Assembly: GCF_006345805.1 (NCBI RefSeq)
Contig: NC_042999.1
Coordinates: 14,694,001 to 14,758,000 of the forward strand
Direction: 5' to 3'
From: Octopus sinensis
Lineage: Eukaryota
DNA length: 64,000 bases
The translations under genes and the position numbers were made by a program. Shown here one piece after another: positions 1-11,869 of the stretch (position 1 is its first letter; each line of letters starts with the position of its first letter). The notes below the pieces were generated by a model. It was given only the letters and a program-made list of their open reading frames with translations. It did no database searches and was not told the DNA's origin.

Positions 1-199
1 TTTTAAACTTTAATCCATATTGTGCACAAATGTACATTATCAATCTAATTGTAGCTAACATTATTGTACATTAGCAATATATCATACATTAACATTTTCA
101 GATTTAAACAAACACCTGTATAATTTGCATAAATTTCACCACCACAAAACACACAAATAAGATGGATGCCTTTGTTAAAATTCTGACATTATTTTACAG

Positions 200-222
200 A
201 TAATAAAAGGATGAGAAAAAAG
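200..222 (+). CDS. Candidate 23-nt micro-exon (xNKRMRKK)
   Basis: CTGAC branch-like motif, ttattttacAG acceptor, AAG|GTGAGG donor; one open frame. No homology support. Confidence 0.2.
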
Positions 223-845
223 GTGAGGAATAACTGGGGTTATAATCAAGCAGCGATATAACATAATTGCAATCCCAGTTCTTAAACAAACAAAAGATGC
301 ATGGTTAATAACAGTTAATGTGAGAGAAAAATATTTACAAATACTTCCACATCATTCTCCAGAGAAACATGTGAGCACAAATGAGAAAATTGAGAAAATA
401 AAGTAATATCATAAATTTAAGGTGTGACCTTTCCTATTTGATTTGTAACCAGACTATTAATGAATGACACTTCAATAAATGGGTTTTACAAGAAACTGTG
501 CAAGGGTTGTCTTATTTAAACAATGAGGAGAAATAGAGCAAAACATAGAAAAGCAGAAGACAAGGCTTGGTGGTGGGGGCCATGCTGTTTTAACATCATT
601 TCTTCTTAAAAGACGACACCTTCATCTCACACACACACTTCACTATCAATTATATTCTTAATAAACAAGTTATCTCACCTGGCCCATTTTTTAACTGTCA
701 TTCTTACCTAATTCTTAACTCAACCAGCAAAACTAAGTATGCCATGCCACTCCCTGAATATTCATTTCCAAATTCCAAACTAATAATCTTAAAACATCTT
801 TAAAAATGAGCTGTTTTTAATTTTTTTTTTTTTTTTTACTTTTCT

Positions 846-1078
846 TATTTCTTTACTGCCCACAAGGGGCTACACACAGATGGTACAAACAAGGAGAGAC
901 AAACGGATTAAATCGATTATATCAACCCCAGTGTGTAACTGGTACTTATTTAATCGACCCTGAAAGGATGAAAGGCAAAGTCGACCTCAGCGGAATTTGA
1001 ACTCAGAATGTTGCAGCAGACTAAATACCGCTAAGCATTTCGCCCGACGTGCTAACGATTCTGCCAGCTTGCCACCTT
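846..1078 (-). mobile_element. tRNA-headed SINE, family A (about 235 bp)
   Basis: Pol III A/B-box-like head (TGGCAGAATCGTT...GAGTTCAAATTCC), central GCCTTTCATCCTTTCGGGGTCGATAAATTAAGTACC block; more than 20 related copies in the window. Confidence 0.9.
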
Positions 1079-1399
1079 TTTTTTTTTTTTACTTTTCTTT
1101 TAATACAGTTTATAACTTCTACTCATTTCGTGTTTGATACACACCTTCGGAAACTTAAGGAAGTATGTAACAAATACTATGTCCTCTTATTAAGGCCCTT
1201 GCTTTAGTATTTAAACTGGCCATATCTGACTTATCTATTCTGCCTGTTTTATGTTCAAACTGATCGAATTCAGCTTCTCACACCTACCTAAATGTCATTC
1301 AAAAAATACATCATCAAAAATTACATCATCAAAATGCTGAAGCAATAAGATAATTATCAACAATAAGGCTGAGGGAAAATACTTCAAGGGGAAGAGTCA

Positions 1400-1810
1400 T
1401 TGTATCATTGGTCACCCCACACTTCTTATCCACCATCCACAACACCCAACCTGCAACTCCTACAGTTGTCACCTACTCTCCCCTACCTTCCTTATTTATC
1501 CTTTAATTCCTGCTTTTCGTTATATTCATCCCGTACCCACCTCTCATTCTCCATTTCTAGCCACCTCTCACTCTCCCACACACCTCTGCAACCTCTACCC
1601 ACCTACACTCCCTATTATCCTGTCGACCATAATACCTTATTACCACTATTTCATGCTTTTCAAGCTTCTCCATGCCCACCCTGTCTTTCATTCTCTCTTC
1701 TAACCATGTCGCTCCTCCATAGTAAGAAACCTTTCTGTTCTGGCCCCTTCTTTCATATTTCAACCCCCTCATCTCCTAACATAAGACCATCTCCTTCTCT
1801 ACTGTAGCCC
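1400..1810. repeat. Pyrimidine-rich low-complexity tract
   Basis: C/T-dominated sequence; the overlapping 135-aa ORF is a compositional artefact. Confidence 0.75.
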
Positions 1811-2095
1811 CACTCATTTCAAGACAATCTTAGTCTTGCAAGCTGCACAGCAACCTCGTGTTACCTCAGATGGTGCCACACAAAAAACACCCAGTAAATG
1901 CTGTAAAGTGGTCGGCATTAGGAAGAGTATTCAGACATAGAAACCATGTCAAGGCAGACACTGAAACATGGTGCAGCCCTTGGACTGACTGGATCCTATC
2001 AAACTACCCCATCTGAGGACAGTATAAAACATGGATGTTAAAATGCCAATGATGATGGTGATACTGAAAATATATAAGTAAATGTTTCGAATATG

Positions 2096-3050
2096 CAGTG
2101 GCATAGCTAGGATAAACCGTGCCTGGGGCAAACTGCTAAAGTGTGGCCCCACCCACCATTACAAAATCCATGATATTATACAGTACTTATTTGTTACAAG
2201 TAATTAATGTTTTAAAGCAGGCAAAATCATTAGCATGCTGGGCGAAATGCTTAGCAGTATTTCGTCTGCCGTTACGTTGAGTTCAAATTCTGCCAAGGTC
2301 GACTTTGCCTTTTATCCTTTTGGGGTCGGTTAAATAAGTACCAGTTACACATTGGGTCGATGTAATCGACTTAATCCCTTTGTCTACCATTATTTGTCCC
2401 CTCTATGTTTAGCTCCCTGTGGGCAATAAAGAAATAAATACTTTACCTGGGGCAAGCTGCAAAAATGTGCCCCCCACCCCTTTACAAAATCCATGATATC
2501 ATATAGTACTTATTTGTTACAAGTAATTAATGTTTTAAAGTAGGCAGCATCGTTAGCACGCCGGGCGAAATGCTTAGCAGTATTTTGTCTGCCATTACGT
2601 TCAGAGTTCAAATTCTGCCAAGGTCAACTTTGTCTTTGATCCTTTTAGAGTTGATTAAATAAGTACCAGTTACACACTGGGGTTGATATAATGAACTTAA
2701 TCCCTTTGTCTATCATTGTTTGTCCCCTCTATGTTTAGCCCCTTGTGGGCAATAAAGAAATATTTTAGGAATAAATACTTTACCAGCTTTACCTGCTGGT
2801 TCGGTACAACTTGTAATTCAAAATATATTTTTTTGAATGTTTACTTTTATGAAACCTCCCTATTTTAACCATTTAATGCACCAGCTTCTCCGATTGAAAC
2901 AGTAAAAACCTAATGTGTGAAATGAGATATAATAAAAAAAAAAAATACAATTGTTTAAAGTCTCATCTTTTTTTATTTTGATGAGCACCCCTCCTTCAAT
3001 CAGCACCTGGGGCATATGCTCACAACCCACCCCCACCCGTTACGCTACTG
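2096..3050. mobile_element. Non-autonomous hAT-type element with internal duplication
   Basis: TIRs CAGTGGCATAGC / GTTACGCTACTG; 8-bp TSD CGAATATG (2088-2095) vs CAAATATG (3051-3058). Confidence 0.75.
2217..2762 (+). mobile_element. Two family-A SINEs inside a 324-bp tandem duplication
   Basis: Both copies share the same upstream flank (cctggggcaa at 2122 and 2446). Confidence 0.85.
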
Positions 3051-3766
3051 CAAATATGTAAATATAGTGAAGTTAGAAAACTGATTCACTAAGATTGTCT
3101 CTGTTGTTTTGTAGACAAAAATCTCACTTGAGAGGGATATAACTATTTTGATAATTGCCTGGAACCACCTCTAATTCCATCATACAAATTCCGTGTTTTA
3201 AATGAATCTAAATTAAAATCGTCCAACAATTAGTTAATTCATGTTCCAAACGCCAGCCTGGTAATGACAAAGTTACTTTGCTAATTCTTTTTTTTTTTTT
3301 TTGTTTTCAAAATTAATTGTAACAAAGACAGTGAATTTCAAGGGAAATATTTTAACAAAAATCTAACTCCATCCCATTGTCCTACCCTCACAAATAACTG
3401 GATTTTCAGTTTTATTTTCAAAAATGTGAAGTCATTTCAAATGACAAAAGCCAACTGCATCAGCCGCACAGTGAAGAAAACTAAAAGATAAATAATAGCC
3501 TTGTTTTGTAATGTATTCCTTCTGAGTAAACTTCATAACCTTTCAGCATTAAAAAGTGTTCAACTTTAGTTGCCAATGTTATTGCTTGTTATTTCAATAA
3601 ATTCTTTATTTTTAAATGAAAGAAAGACGGTGTATTTCAATAGAAATCTGGCGATGAAAGGGTTAAAATCTAAAAATAATAAAAAGTGCAGGTAACTTCA
3701 ATAATATTAGCTGTCTGAAATATTTTGAAAATGAAAACAATACAGACAGGAAGGCTACTCTTTTAC

Positions 3767-3964
3767 TTGTTTCAGTCATTTGACTGTGGCCATGCTGGAG
3801 CACTGCCTTTAGTCATGCAAATCGACCCCAAGACTTATTCTTTGTAAGCCTAGTACTTATTCTATCGGTCTCCCTTGCTGAACTGCTAAGTTACAGGGAC
3901 ATAAACACACCAGCATCAGTTGTCAAGCGATGTTGAGGGGACAAACACAGACACACAAACATAT

Positions 3965-4009
<45 letters not shown>

Positions 4010-4162
4010 ACAGGCTTCTTTCAGTTTCCATCTACCAAATCTACTCACAAAGCTTTGGTCAGCCCGAGGCTATAGTAGAAGACACTTGCCCAAGGTGCCA
4101 CGCAGTGGGACTGAACCCGGAACCATGGTAAGCAAGCTACTTACCACACAGCCACTCCTGCA
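3767..4162 (-). mobile_element. tRNA-headed CORE-type SINE, family B (OR2-like)
   Basis: tRNA-like head, CORE-like GGCACCTTGGGCAAGTGTCTT, internal (TA)n/(TG)n, tail GAAACAAGTAAAAGAG; about 20 copies in the window. Confidence 0.9.
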
Positions 4163-4164
4163 CC

Positions 4165-4967
4165 AACCTTTTTGTTACCCTGTTTCTCTTGAAACACACT
4201 GCCTTTGTCTCAAATAATTTTCAAAATAATGAAGAATTTAGTAAAATAACTCATTAGTAAGGTGGGGGGAGGGTGTTAAATTCACAGGAAATTTCAATGT
4301 AAAGTTTTCATTTGAATCACTTTAAAACAAGAAGTTTGTATCATAGAACCAAGAGTAGTCTAAGGTGGATTGGTATCAAAAGGGTTAAGTTAGTCAAGCC
4401 CTGAATTACTACTGACTAAAACCTGTGAAAGATTACCTGAGGTTAACAAGAGAATTGTGTTACCATTTTGTTACCAGATTTCTGTGGAAGTTTGCTGTCT
4501 TGGTTTCCATTGGTTTTGAAAATAATGAGTAAGTAAAATTAGTAAAATAACTGTCATTATTAAGCTTGTCTTTGAAAAAGAAATTAATATGAAATTTTAA
4601 TGGGAAGTTTTAATTTCAATCTCTTTAAAATAAGGAGTTTGTGTCAAAGAACCAGGATTGGTCTCAGGCTGGCTGGCTGGTATCAAAAGGGTTAAGTTAG
4701 CAAAGTCCTGAACTACAACTGATTAAAACTTCTCTCAGATAAATTGAAGCTGACAGGAGCCTTGTATTAATCCTTTTGTTACAATTTCTGCTGTTTTTTA
4801 AATAACAAAGAATCTAGTAAAATAACTCATTATTTCTCTGGTGTTTGGAACAGAAATTAACATGAAATTTTAATGGAAGTTTTTAATCGAGATTGATTTA
4901 AAGTAGAAAGTTTATATTATAGAACCTGGGACAGTCTCAGGCGATTTGGTGCCAAAATGGATTAAAA
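4165..4967 (+). mobile_element. Three tandem degenerate piggyBac-like MITEs
   Basis: Units end GGTATCAAAAGGG|TTAA (twice clearly), separated by related spacers of about 70 bp. Confidence 0.65.
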
Positions 4968-5249
4968 CCAAATGGTGAAGACAGCAGACATGTATTGATC
5001 TTATTAGATCTCCCCAATAAAACATATTCAGTTCAGTTGGAAAGACTTGGAAACAATCAGAGAAATGCAGGGAATTTAATGTTGCTGATTATGAATATCA
5101 ACAACAGAAGCAGAGGAAAGATATTTAAAGGGCAGAGCAGAGTAGTAAATCAAATAGATATATAGTAAGGTTTCACAAGCTGAAATTTCTTGATTAATTT
5201 GGAATATCTCTGTGACTAGTAAATAAAATCTCCCTTCAAAGATGTTTAA

Positions 5250-5935
5250 CCTTTGCATTACCATATTTCTTTTGAGATGCTCTGTGGTTTCTTTCAATTA
5301 ATTTTAAATATAACAAAGAATTTAGTAAAATAACTTAGTTATTATTAAGCTAATGCTAGGCACATAAACTGTGACTAAGGTTTGGTGGAAGATTTTAATT
5401 CAGAACTTATGAAAACACGACATTTGTAATCAGAGCCAGAGGTGGTTATGGTGACTTTAACCATTTTGTCACCATATTTCTGCTGAGATGTTCTGTGTTC
5501 CTTTCAATTAATTTTAGATATAACAATGAATTTAGTAAAATAACTTAGTTATATTTCAGCTAGTGTTAGGAACATAAATTGTTGTCTAACATTTGGTGGA
5601 AGATTTTAATTCAGAACTTATGGAAACAAGACATTTGTACTCAGAGCCAGAGCTGGTTTCAGCCAGGTTGGTATCAAAAGGGTTAAGAATTGTTTCTCTA
5701 TTATATATTTTAACCCTTTTGTTACCATATTTCTGTTGAGATGCTCTATGTTTCTTTCAATTATTTTAAATATAACAAAGAATTTAATAAAATAACTTAG
5801 TTATCATTCAGCTAGTGTTAGGAACATAAATTTTTGATTATGGTTTGGTGGAAGAATTTAATTCAGAACTTATGAAAACAAGAGGTTTGACCTACTGAAC
5901 CAGAGGCGGTTTCAGCCTGATTGGTATCGAAAGGG
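5250..5935 (+). mobile_element. Three piggyBac-like MITEs of about 222 bp (family D)
   Basis: TTAA|CCCTTTTGTTACC ... GGTATCGAAAGGG|TTAA; copies at 5250-5447, 5461-5682 and 5714-5935. Confidence 0.85.
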
Positions 5936-6175
5936 TTAAAATCTAAAATCAAGTCGGGGAGATAACTAATGTCATGAAATGTCACTTTATCACTTTTACC
6001 TTCTGCATTTGTAAAATAATCAAAATCAAACAGTATCTACTTTCTCTTTGCTGCAATCAGTAAAAAATGTTAGAACCTCTGGTACAAAATCTTTGCTACT
6101 AGAAAATAATAAAGGGAAAAAAAAATTATGTTAAAGGTTTTTAACTAATTAACATGTTAACTAATTAACATACTC

Positions 6176-6612
6176 TCTCTTTTTACTCTTTCACCCTTGT
6201 ACTTGTTTCTGTCATTTGACTATGGTCATGCTGGAGCACCGCCTTTAGTCGAGCAAATCGACCCCAGGACTTATTCTTTGTAAGCCTTGTACTTACTCTA
6301 TTGGTCTTTTATGCTGAACCGCTAAGTTACGGGGATGTAAACACACCAGGATTGGTTGTCAAGTGATGTTGGGGTGACACACACAGACAACAAATGTCTA
6401 CACACATATACATACGTATATATATATATATATATATACATATGTACGACGGGCTTCTTTCAGTTTCCATCTACCAAATCCACTCACAAGGCTTTGATTG
6501 GCCCAAGGTTATAGTAGAAGACACTTGCCCAAGGCGGCGCCATGCAGTGGGACTGAACCCGGAACCATGTGGTTCGCAAGCAAGCTACTTCCACACAGCC
6601 ACTCCTATGCCT
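6176..6612 (-). mobile_element. Family-B SINE
   Basis: Full-length match to the 3767-4162 copy. Confidence 0.9.
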
Positions 6613-7290
6613 ACTAGTCATAGGGATATTCCAAGTTAATCAAGAATTTTCAGCTTGTGAAACCTTACTATATATCTATTTGATAGTCTGCTCCACCCTT
6701 TAAATGTTAAAGGTTTTTAACTAATTAATTTGTTCTTAGCTAAACACCTTTTCTAATAATTATATTTTAAATTCATCACTTAACTTCAAAGCTTCCTTGT
6801 AATTTGCTCCATACTGTCTCATTGTGAAGGACACATTCTCAATTCTCTGAGATTATGCCCATAATCAGTTGGTGAAAACCCCGTCTAAGTGTGTTTTAAA
6901 GTTTAAAAAAGAAGGGGCAAAACGCTTAGAAGCATTTTGTCTGTTTTTACATTCTGAGTTCAAATTCTGTCAAGGTAGACTTTGCCTTTCTTCCTTTCAG
7001 AATCGACAAAATAAGTACTAGTTGGGTACTGGGGTAACAACTACCCCCCCCACACACACACACACACAAAATTTCAGGCCCTGTGCTTATAGTAGAAACG
7101 AATATTATGAAATATCAACCTTATAACTTTCACTTTCCACATACCTAATCCTTAATTTCAGTCCCCTTCAGTTATCCTTTACTGTTGTTCCTTTCCTAAA
7201 AACGGGATCTATGAATTATCACTAACCACTTATACTCCTAAATGAATGACAGAATTTCAATAACATCCTCTCTTGAAATTCTAAATGGTA

Positions 7291-7379
7291 TTAACTCATA
7301 TATTCCTCTCTCCATTGACTTATCTTTTCCCGTTCTTTTCCAGTGAGAGCCTTTATAACAAATATCTTCTCATAGAAAC
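7291..7379 (-). CDS. Candidate terminal exon (xFYEKIFVIKALTGKEREKISQWREEYMS*)
   Basis: Minus-strand acceptor tttcattgttattgcatttgaattgacAG, 28 open codons then TAA, non-repeat sequence. Protein not recognised. Confidence 0.25.
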
Positions 7380-8636
7380 CTGTCAATTCAAATGCAATAA
7401 CAATGAAATACAAATTCAGCTTAAAGAACAACCACAGCAACCCTCTTTTATACACTCAAACATACTTGAATTTTACAAAATTCATCATCATCACCACCAT
7501 TGTTTTAATGTCCACTTTTCTATGCTTGCATGGGTTAGATGGAATTTGTTAAGACAGATTTTCCATGGCCAGATTCCCTTCATGTTGCCAACCCTCCCCT
7601 TTGCTTGCAAGCAGGTAATATTTTGCTATGGAAACAGGAAATTAACAGCACTGCTTGTATGACAGTGATTCTCATTTACAGCAATTCACATGATTCAATA
7701 CCCCCCCCCCAATCCACTGCATACAAGTACAGAAGTACTTGCAGTGTATGGTGGGAGGAGTGCAACTCACCTATTTTGCAGGTTCTTTTATAGCTTTGAT
7801 CCCTTCTAGCTGGGATATATTCATAGGAGCCCTACCTGCCAAACCTCTAGCCAGAACATAATGGCAAATCCCCTCAAGTCATGAGGCCACATATATCCAT
7901 CCCATACAAAAGCCCCAAGGTGAAGAGGCCTACATTAGTCATGCATTTGCTCACGTGATTTTCCCTTGCTCTTGTCCTTTCAGCAAGGACCCTCAGCCGT
8001 TTGTGTGACATCACTGATCCTTTATTTCCAGCCCATCCCAGCACCACAATATGTACACACACAGACTTACACACACAACAGGCTTCTTTCAGTTTCCATT
8101 TACTCACAAGTTTTTCGGTCAGCCTGACTCTAAGTAGAAAATGTTTGCCCAAGGTGCCACACAACAGAACTGAACCCAAGACCACATGGTTAGGAACCAA
8201 GCATTTTCACTCCACACCCACACTTGCACTCAATACATGGAAATCATTAGCAACCGAAACCTTCTGATTGGCCATAAAATATTGGTTCATGTTAAAGCTA
8301 TTTTTTTTTCCACCTGCTATAGTAACAACCAATTCTGACGATTCTTAACGATTTCTCATCAACAACTTTCTTTCACCTCATTATTGATGTTTTAAAAAAA
8401 TAATCTCCATTAGCCCTCCGGCTCTTATAGAGGTTATACAATCAATCCATTCATAAAATTTTTTTCATGGAGTGTTTTACAATGTTTTTTGCTAACAGGA
8501 ACATTTCCTGTTATACAACCAACTTTTTTTTCTAATGAATACCTTTGCTGTATTACACAAAAAAAGGCCTTATGAGTTTGCTCATGATCATTCTACCTGC
8601 TAAAAATATTAATATCTTCCTCAAATGGCATTCTTA

Positions 8637-9215
8637 ACATCATCATTGTTTAACGCCCGCTTTCCATGTTAGCATGGGTTGGATGATTTGACTGAGGTCT
8701 GGTGAACCAGATGGCTGCACCAGGCTCCAATCTTGATCTGGCAGGGTTTCTACAGCTGGATGCCCTTCCTAATGCCAACCACTCCGAGAGTGTAGTGGGT
8801 GCTTTTACGTGCCACCGGCACAAGGGCCAGTCAGACAGTACTGGCAATGACCAAGGCGGCGAGCTGACAGAAATGCTAGCACGCTGGGCAAAATGCTTAG
8901 CAGTATTCTTCTGCCGTTACGCTGTGAGTTCAAATTCTGCTGAGGTCGACTTTGCCTTTCATCCTTTTGGGGTCGATAAATTAAGTACCAGTTACGCACT
9001 AGGGTTGATGTAATCGACTTAATACCTATGTCTGTCCTTGTTTGTCTCCTCTATGTTTAGCCCCCTTGTGGGTAATAAAGAAATAGGTACTGGCAATGAC
9101 CTCGCTCGAATGTTTTTTCACATGCCACCAGCACAAGTGCCAGTAAGGCGACACTGGTAACAATCATACTTTTACGTGCCACCAGCACAAAAGCCAGTTA
9201 GCCGCTCAGGCAATG
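8637..9215 (-). mobile_element. RTE LINE 3' UTR fragment (family C) with nested SINE
   Basis: (GAT)n tail, CCAACCCATGCTAGCATGG motif and 62-bp modules; interrupted at 8853-9086. Confidence 0.85.
8853..9086 (+). mobile_element. Full-length family-A SINE with 15-bp TSD
   Basis: GTACTGGCAATGACC duplicated at 8838-8852 and 9087-9101. Confidence 0.92.
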
Positions 9216-9750
9216 ATCATACTCGGATGATTAGCTTAAACTGGAAGGGCACTTTGGATAATGTATTTCTTGATGTCTGAAGAAATAAAAACGCTATTGG
9301 TCATGGCTGGGATGTTTCTGAGTATAAATCTTTTTGACCAGAACTGACCTGAGGCTAAACTTCAATAAATCTGATATTTTTGTTGTTGTTGTTGCTTCCA
9401 CAAGAGAGGAGGGTAGAGCCTAAAGGGGTCCAAAAGACCAGATGAGGGCCATCATCATTTAACGTCTGTTTTCCATGCTGGCATGGGTTGGACAGCTTAA
9501 CAGTAGCTGGCAAAGCCAGGAACTGTGCCGGGTTCCATAAGCTGTTCTGGCATGGTTTCTGCAATTGGATACCCTTCTTAATGCCAACCACTTTATAGAG
9601 TGTACTGGGGGTGCTTTTCATGCAGCACCATCACCAGTGCTTTTTTGGGTGTTAAGGGATGAAATGTGGGTAGGAGAGGTTGTAAACTGAGTGAGGGAAG
9701 AAATTTACCACATGTAGACTACCACAAATCATGAACTCAGAGGAATATAT

Positions 9751-10049
9751 TGTTTGTTTTTTGTTCCTTCTCGAGCCATGCCTGGCTCATAAGGGCCGGT
9801 ATCCTGTATATAGGTTCCCCACCTGGATGGAACACTAGTCTGTCACAGGTGAGCTGCAAGATGCAGGGGGAAAGAGTAGGAGAAAGTTGTGGCGAAAGAG
9901 TCAGCAGAAGTTCGCCATTACCTTCTGCCGGAGCCACATGGAACTTAGGCGTTTCGCTCATAAAAACACACATTGCCCGGTCTGAGATTCAAACCCGCAA
10001 TCCTTCGATCGCGAGTCCACTGCTCTAACCACTAGACCATGTGCCACCA
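9751..10049 (-). mobile_element. tRNA-headed SINE, family E
   Basis: Head GGCACATGGTCTAGTGGTTAGAGCAGTGGACTCG; 13-bp TSD CAGAGGAATATAT (9738-9750, 10050-10062); second copy at 21381-21672. Confidence 0.88.
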
Positions 10050-10273
10050 CAGAGGAATATATGAATTAATGGCACTTAAACTTTTAATGAGAATACAAAG
10101 AGCTAGAACATAAACTGCTTGTTAATCCTCCTTAATCTTCTGCTTATAAGCATCATTAACAAATATTGGACTTTTAGTAATTCTAGCAATATTTCAAGTC
10201 ATTATAGCACCAAGTTATGGCTTCACTCTTTTGATGACATCTGGCCTTGTTTTAAAAGCGATCTCAGTTAACA

Positions 10274-10508
10274 GATTTCATCAAGATGGAATACTCTTTA
10301 CTCTTTTACTTGTTTCAGTCATTTGACTGCAGCCATGCTGGAGCACCACCTTTAGTCGTGCAAATCGACCCCAGGACTTATTTTTTGTAAGCCTAGTACT
10401 TATTTTATCAGTCTCTTTTTGCTGAACTGCTAAGTTACGGGGACATAAACACACCAGCATCAGTTGTCAAGTGATGTTGGGGGAACAAACACAGACACAC
10501 AAACATAT

Positions 10509-10559
<51 letters not shown>

Positions 10560-10705
10560 TACGATGGGCTTCTTTCAGTTTCCATCTACCAAATCCACTC
10601 ACAAGGCTTTGGTCGGCCCGAGGCTATAGTAGAAGACACTTGCCTAAGATGCCACACAGTGGGATTGAACCCAGAACCATGTGGTTGGTAAGCAAGCTAC
10701 TCACC
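10274..10705 (-). mobile_element. Family-B SINE
   Basis: Full-length match to the other family-B copies. Confidence 0.9.
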
Positions 10706-10933
10706 ACACAGCCACTCCTATGCCTATTGAATGTTGATCTATTTTCCAAATACCAGATTAATAATGATAAAGTCTGTCAGCATCATCATTGTTGTTTAAT
10801 GGGCATCGCCCATGCTAGCATCGGTTTAGTAATTTGACTGGTGCTGAATGCGACTCTCTGGCTTAATCAGATCCAATGTTTGCCTTGGCATGGTTTCTAC
10901 AGCTAGATACCCTTCCTAATCCCAACTACTTTA

Positions 10934-11150
10934 CAGGGGGGTGCTGAGAAGTTCTTGGTTTTAAGGGTAGTGCGAACAGCCCAGTTGAAGGCCCAACCAT
11001 TTGAGTTCTTTTTTACGGGGCTTAGAAAAAATGAAGGACCACAGTAATAAATGTGTGAGTCTGAGAGAGGAATATGTTGAATAAAATTATAATTAACTGA
11101 CCCTCATGTATTTTCTTTTACCCAAAGCCAGGAACTTTTCAGCACCCCCA
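10934..11150 (+). mobile_element. Mariner-derived MITE
   Basis: TIRs GGGGGTGCTGAGAAGTTCTTGG / CCAGGAACTTTTCAGCACCCCC; internal remnant resembling a mariner C-terminus (KCVSLRGEYVE-like). Confidence 0.75.
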
Positions 11151-11869
11151 GAGTTTACTGGGTGCTTTTTCATAGCACTAGCAAAGCAATACCCCTTGAA
11201 GTGAATATTGAGAAAAGTGGTTTTATGCCAGGTGATGAGATGTTAAAATATGATAGAAGAACAGGAACAGATGTCTTGCTGTAGAGGGGATACATGGCTA
11301 CCCAGCTGGAAAAAGAGAAAAGTTAGCAGTGATGAAGTGTCAGGACATACCCTCAAGATACAAGAAAGTGAATATGAGAGAGAACAGGGGCCAAGAATCA
11401 CAAAGATAGATCGGCAAGTGAGTGAGTGTGAAAGGAGCGTGAGAGCTGGTTAGAGATGAGAAGAGAAATTAATATAGTGAGTGGTGAAAATGAATGCAAT
11501 TTGTGGGGAGAAGGTGGAGGAAACAGGAGTGAGTTAGGAAGGAGTGGGGGTAGTTTTAAATATGAAGTGAATTAAAGGTGGTGTATTACAACAGAAAAAT
11601 GGTAATGGAAAGGTTAAAGAAACGATCTCTTTTTGTGAAATTTTTAGTGGACAAAAGCCTTCAATAATTGACAGTTATCATGAGAAAAGAAAATTGTAAA
11701 CCTGCATTCAGTTAATTAGATAATTTATTGAAAGTTTAAAGACATTGACAAGAATTACTTTAATGAGTTCAGTAATGCAGAATTGAAAATTCTGATAACT
11801 AAACGAAACATAATTTACACCACCCACCCCCACCCACCCACTCACTTTTTTTTTTTTTTTGTTAAAATC

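Noticed and set aside
7341-7400. Plus-strand exon after cttttcccgttcttttccAG
   Set aside because: No convincing donor; the pyrimidine tract can be explained as the complement of the minus-strand candidate exon.
9990-10049. tRNA gene
   Set aside because: The tRNA-like head runs into a SINE body with a TSD. The same applies to all other A/B-box heads in the window.
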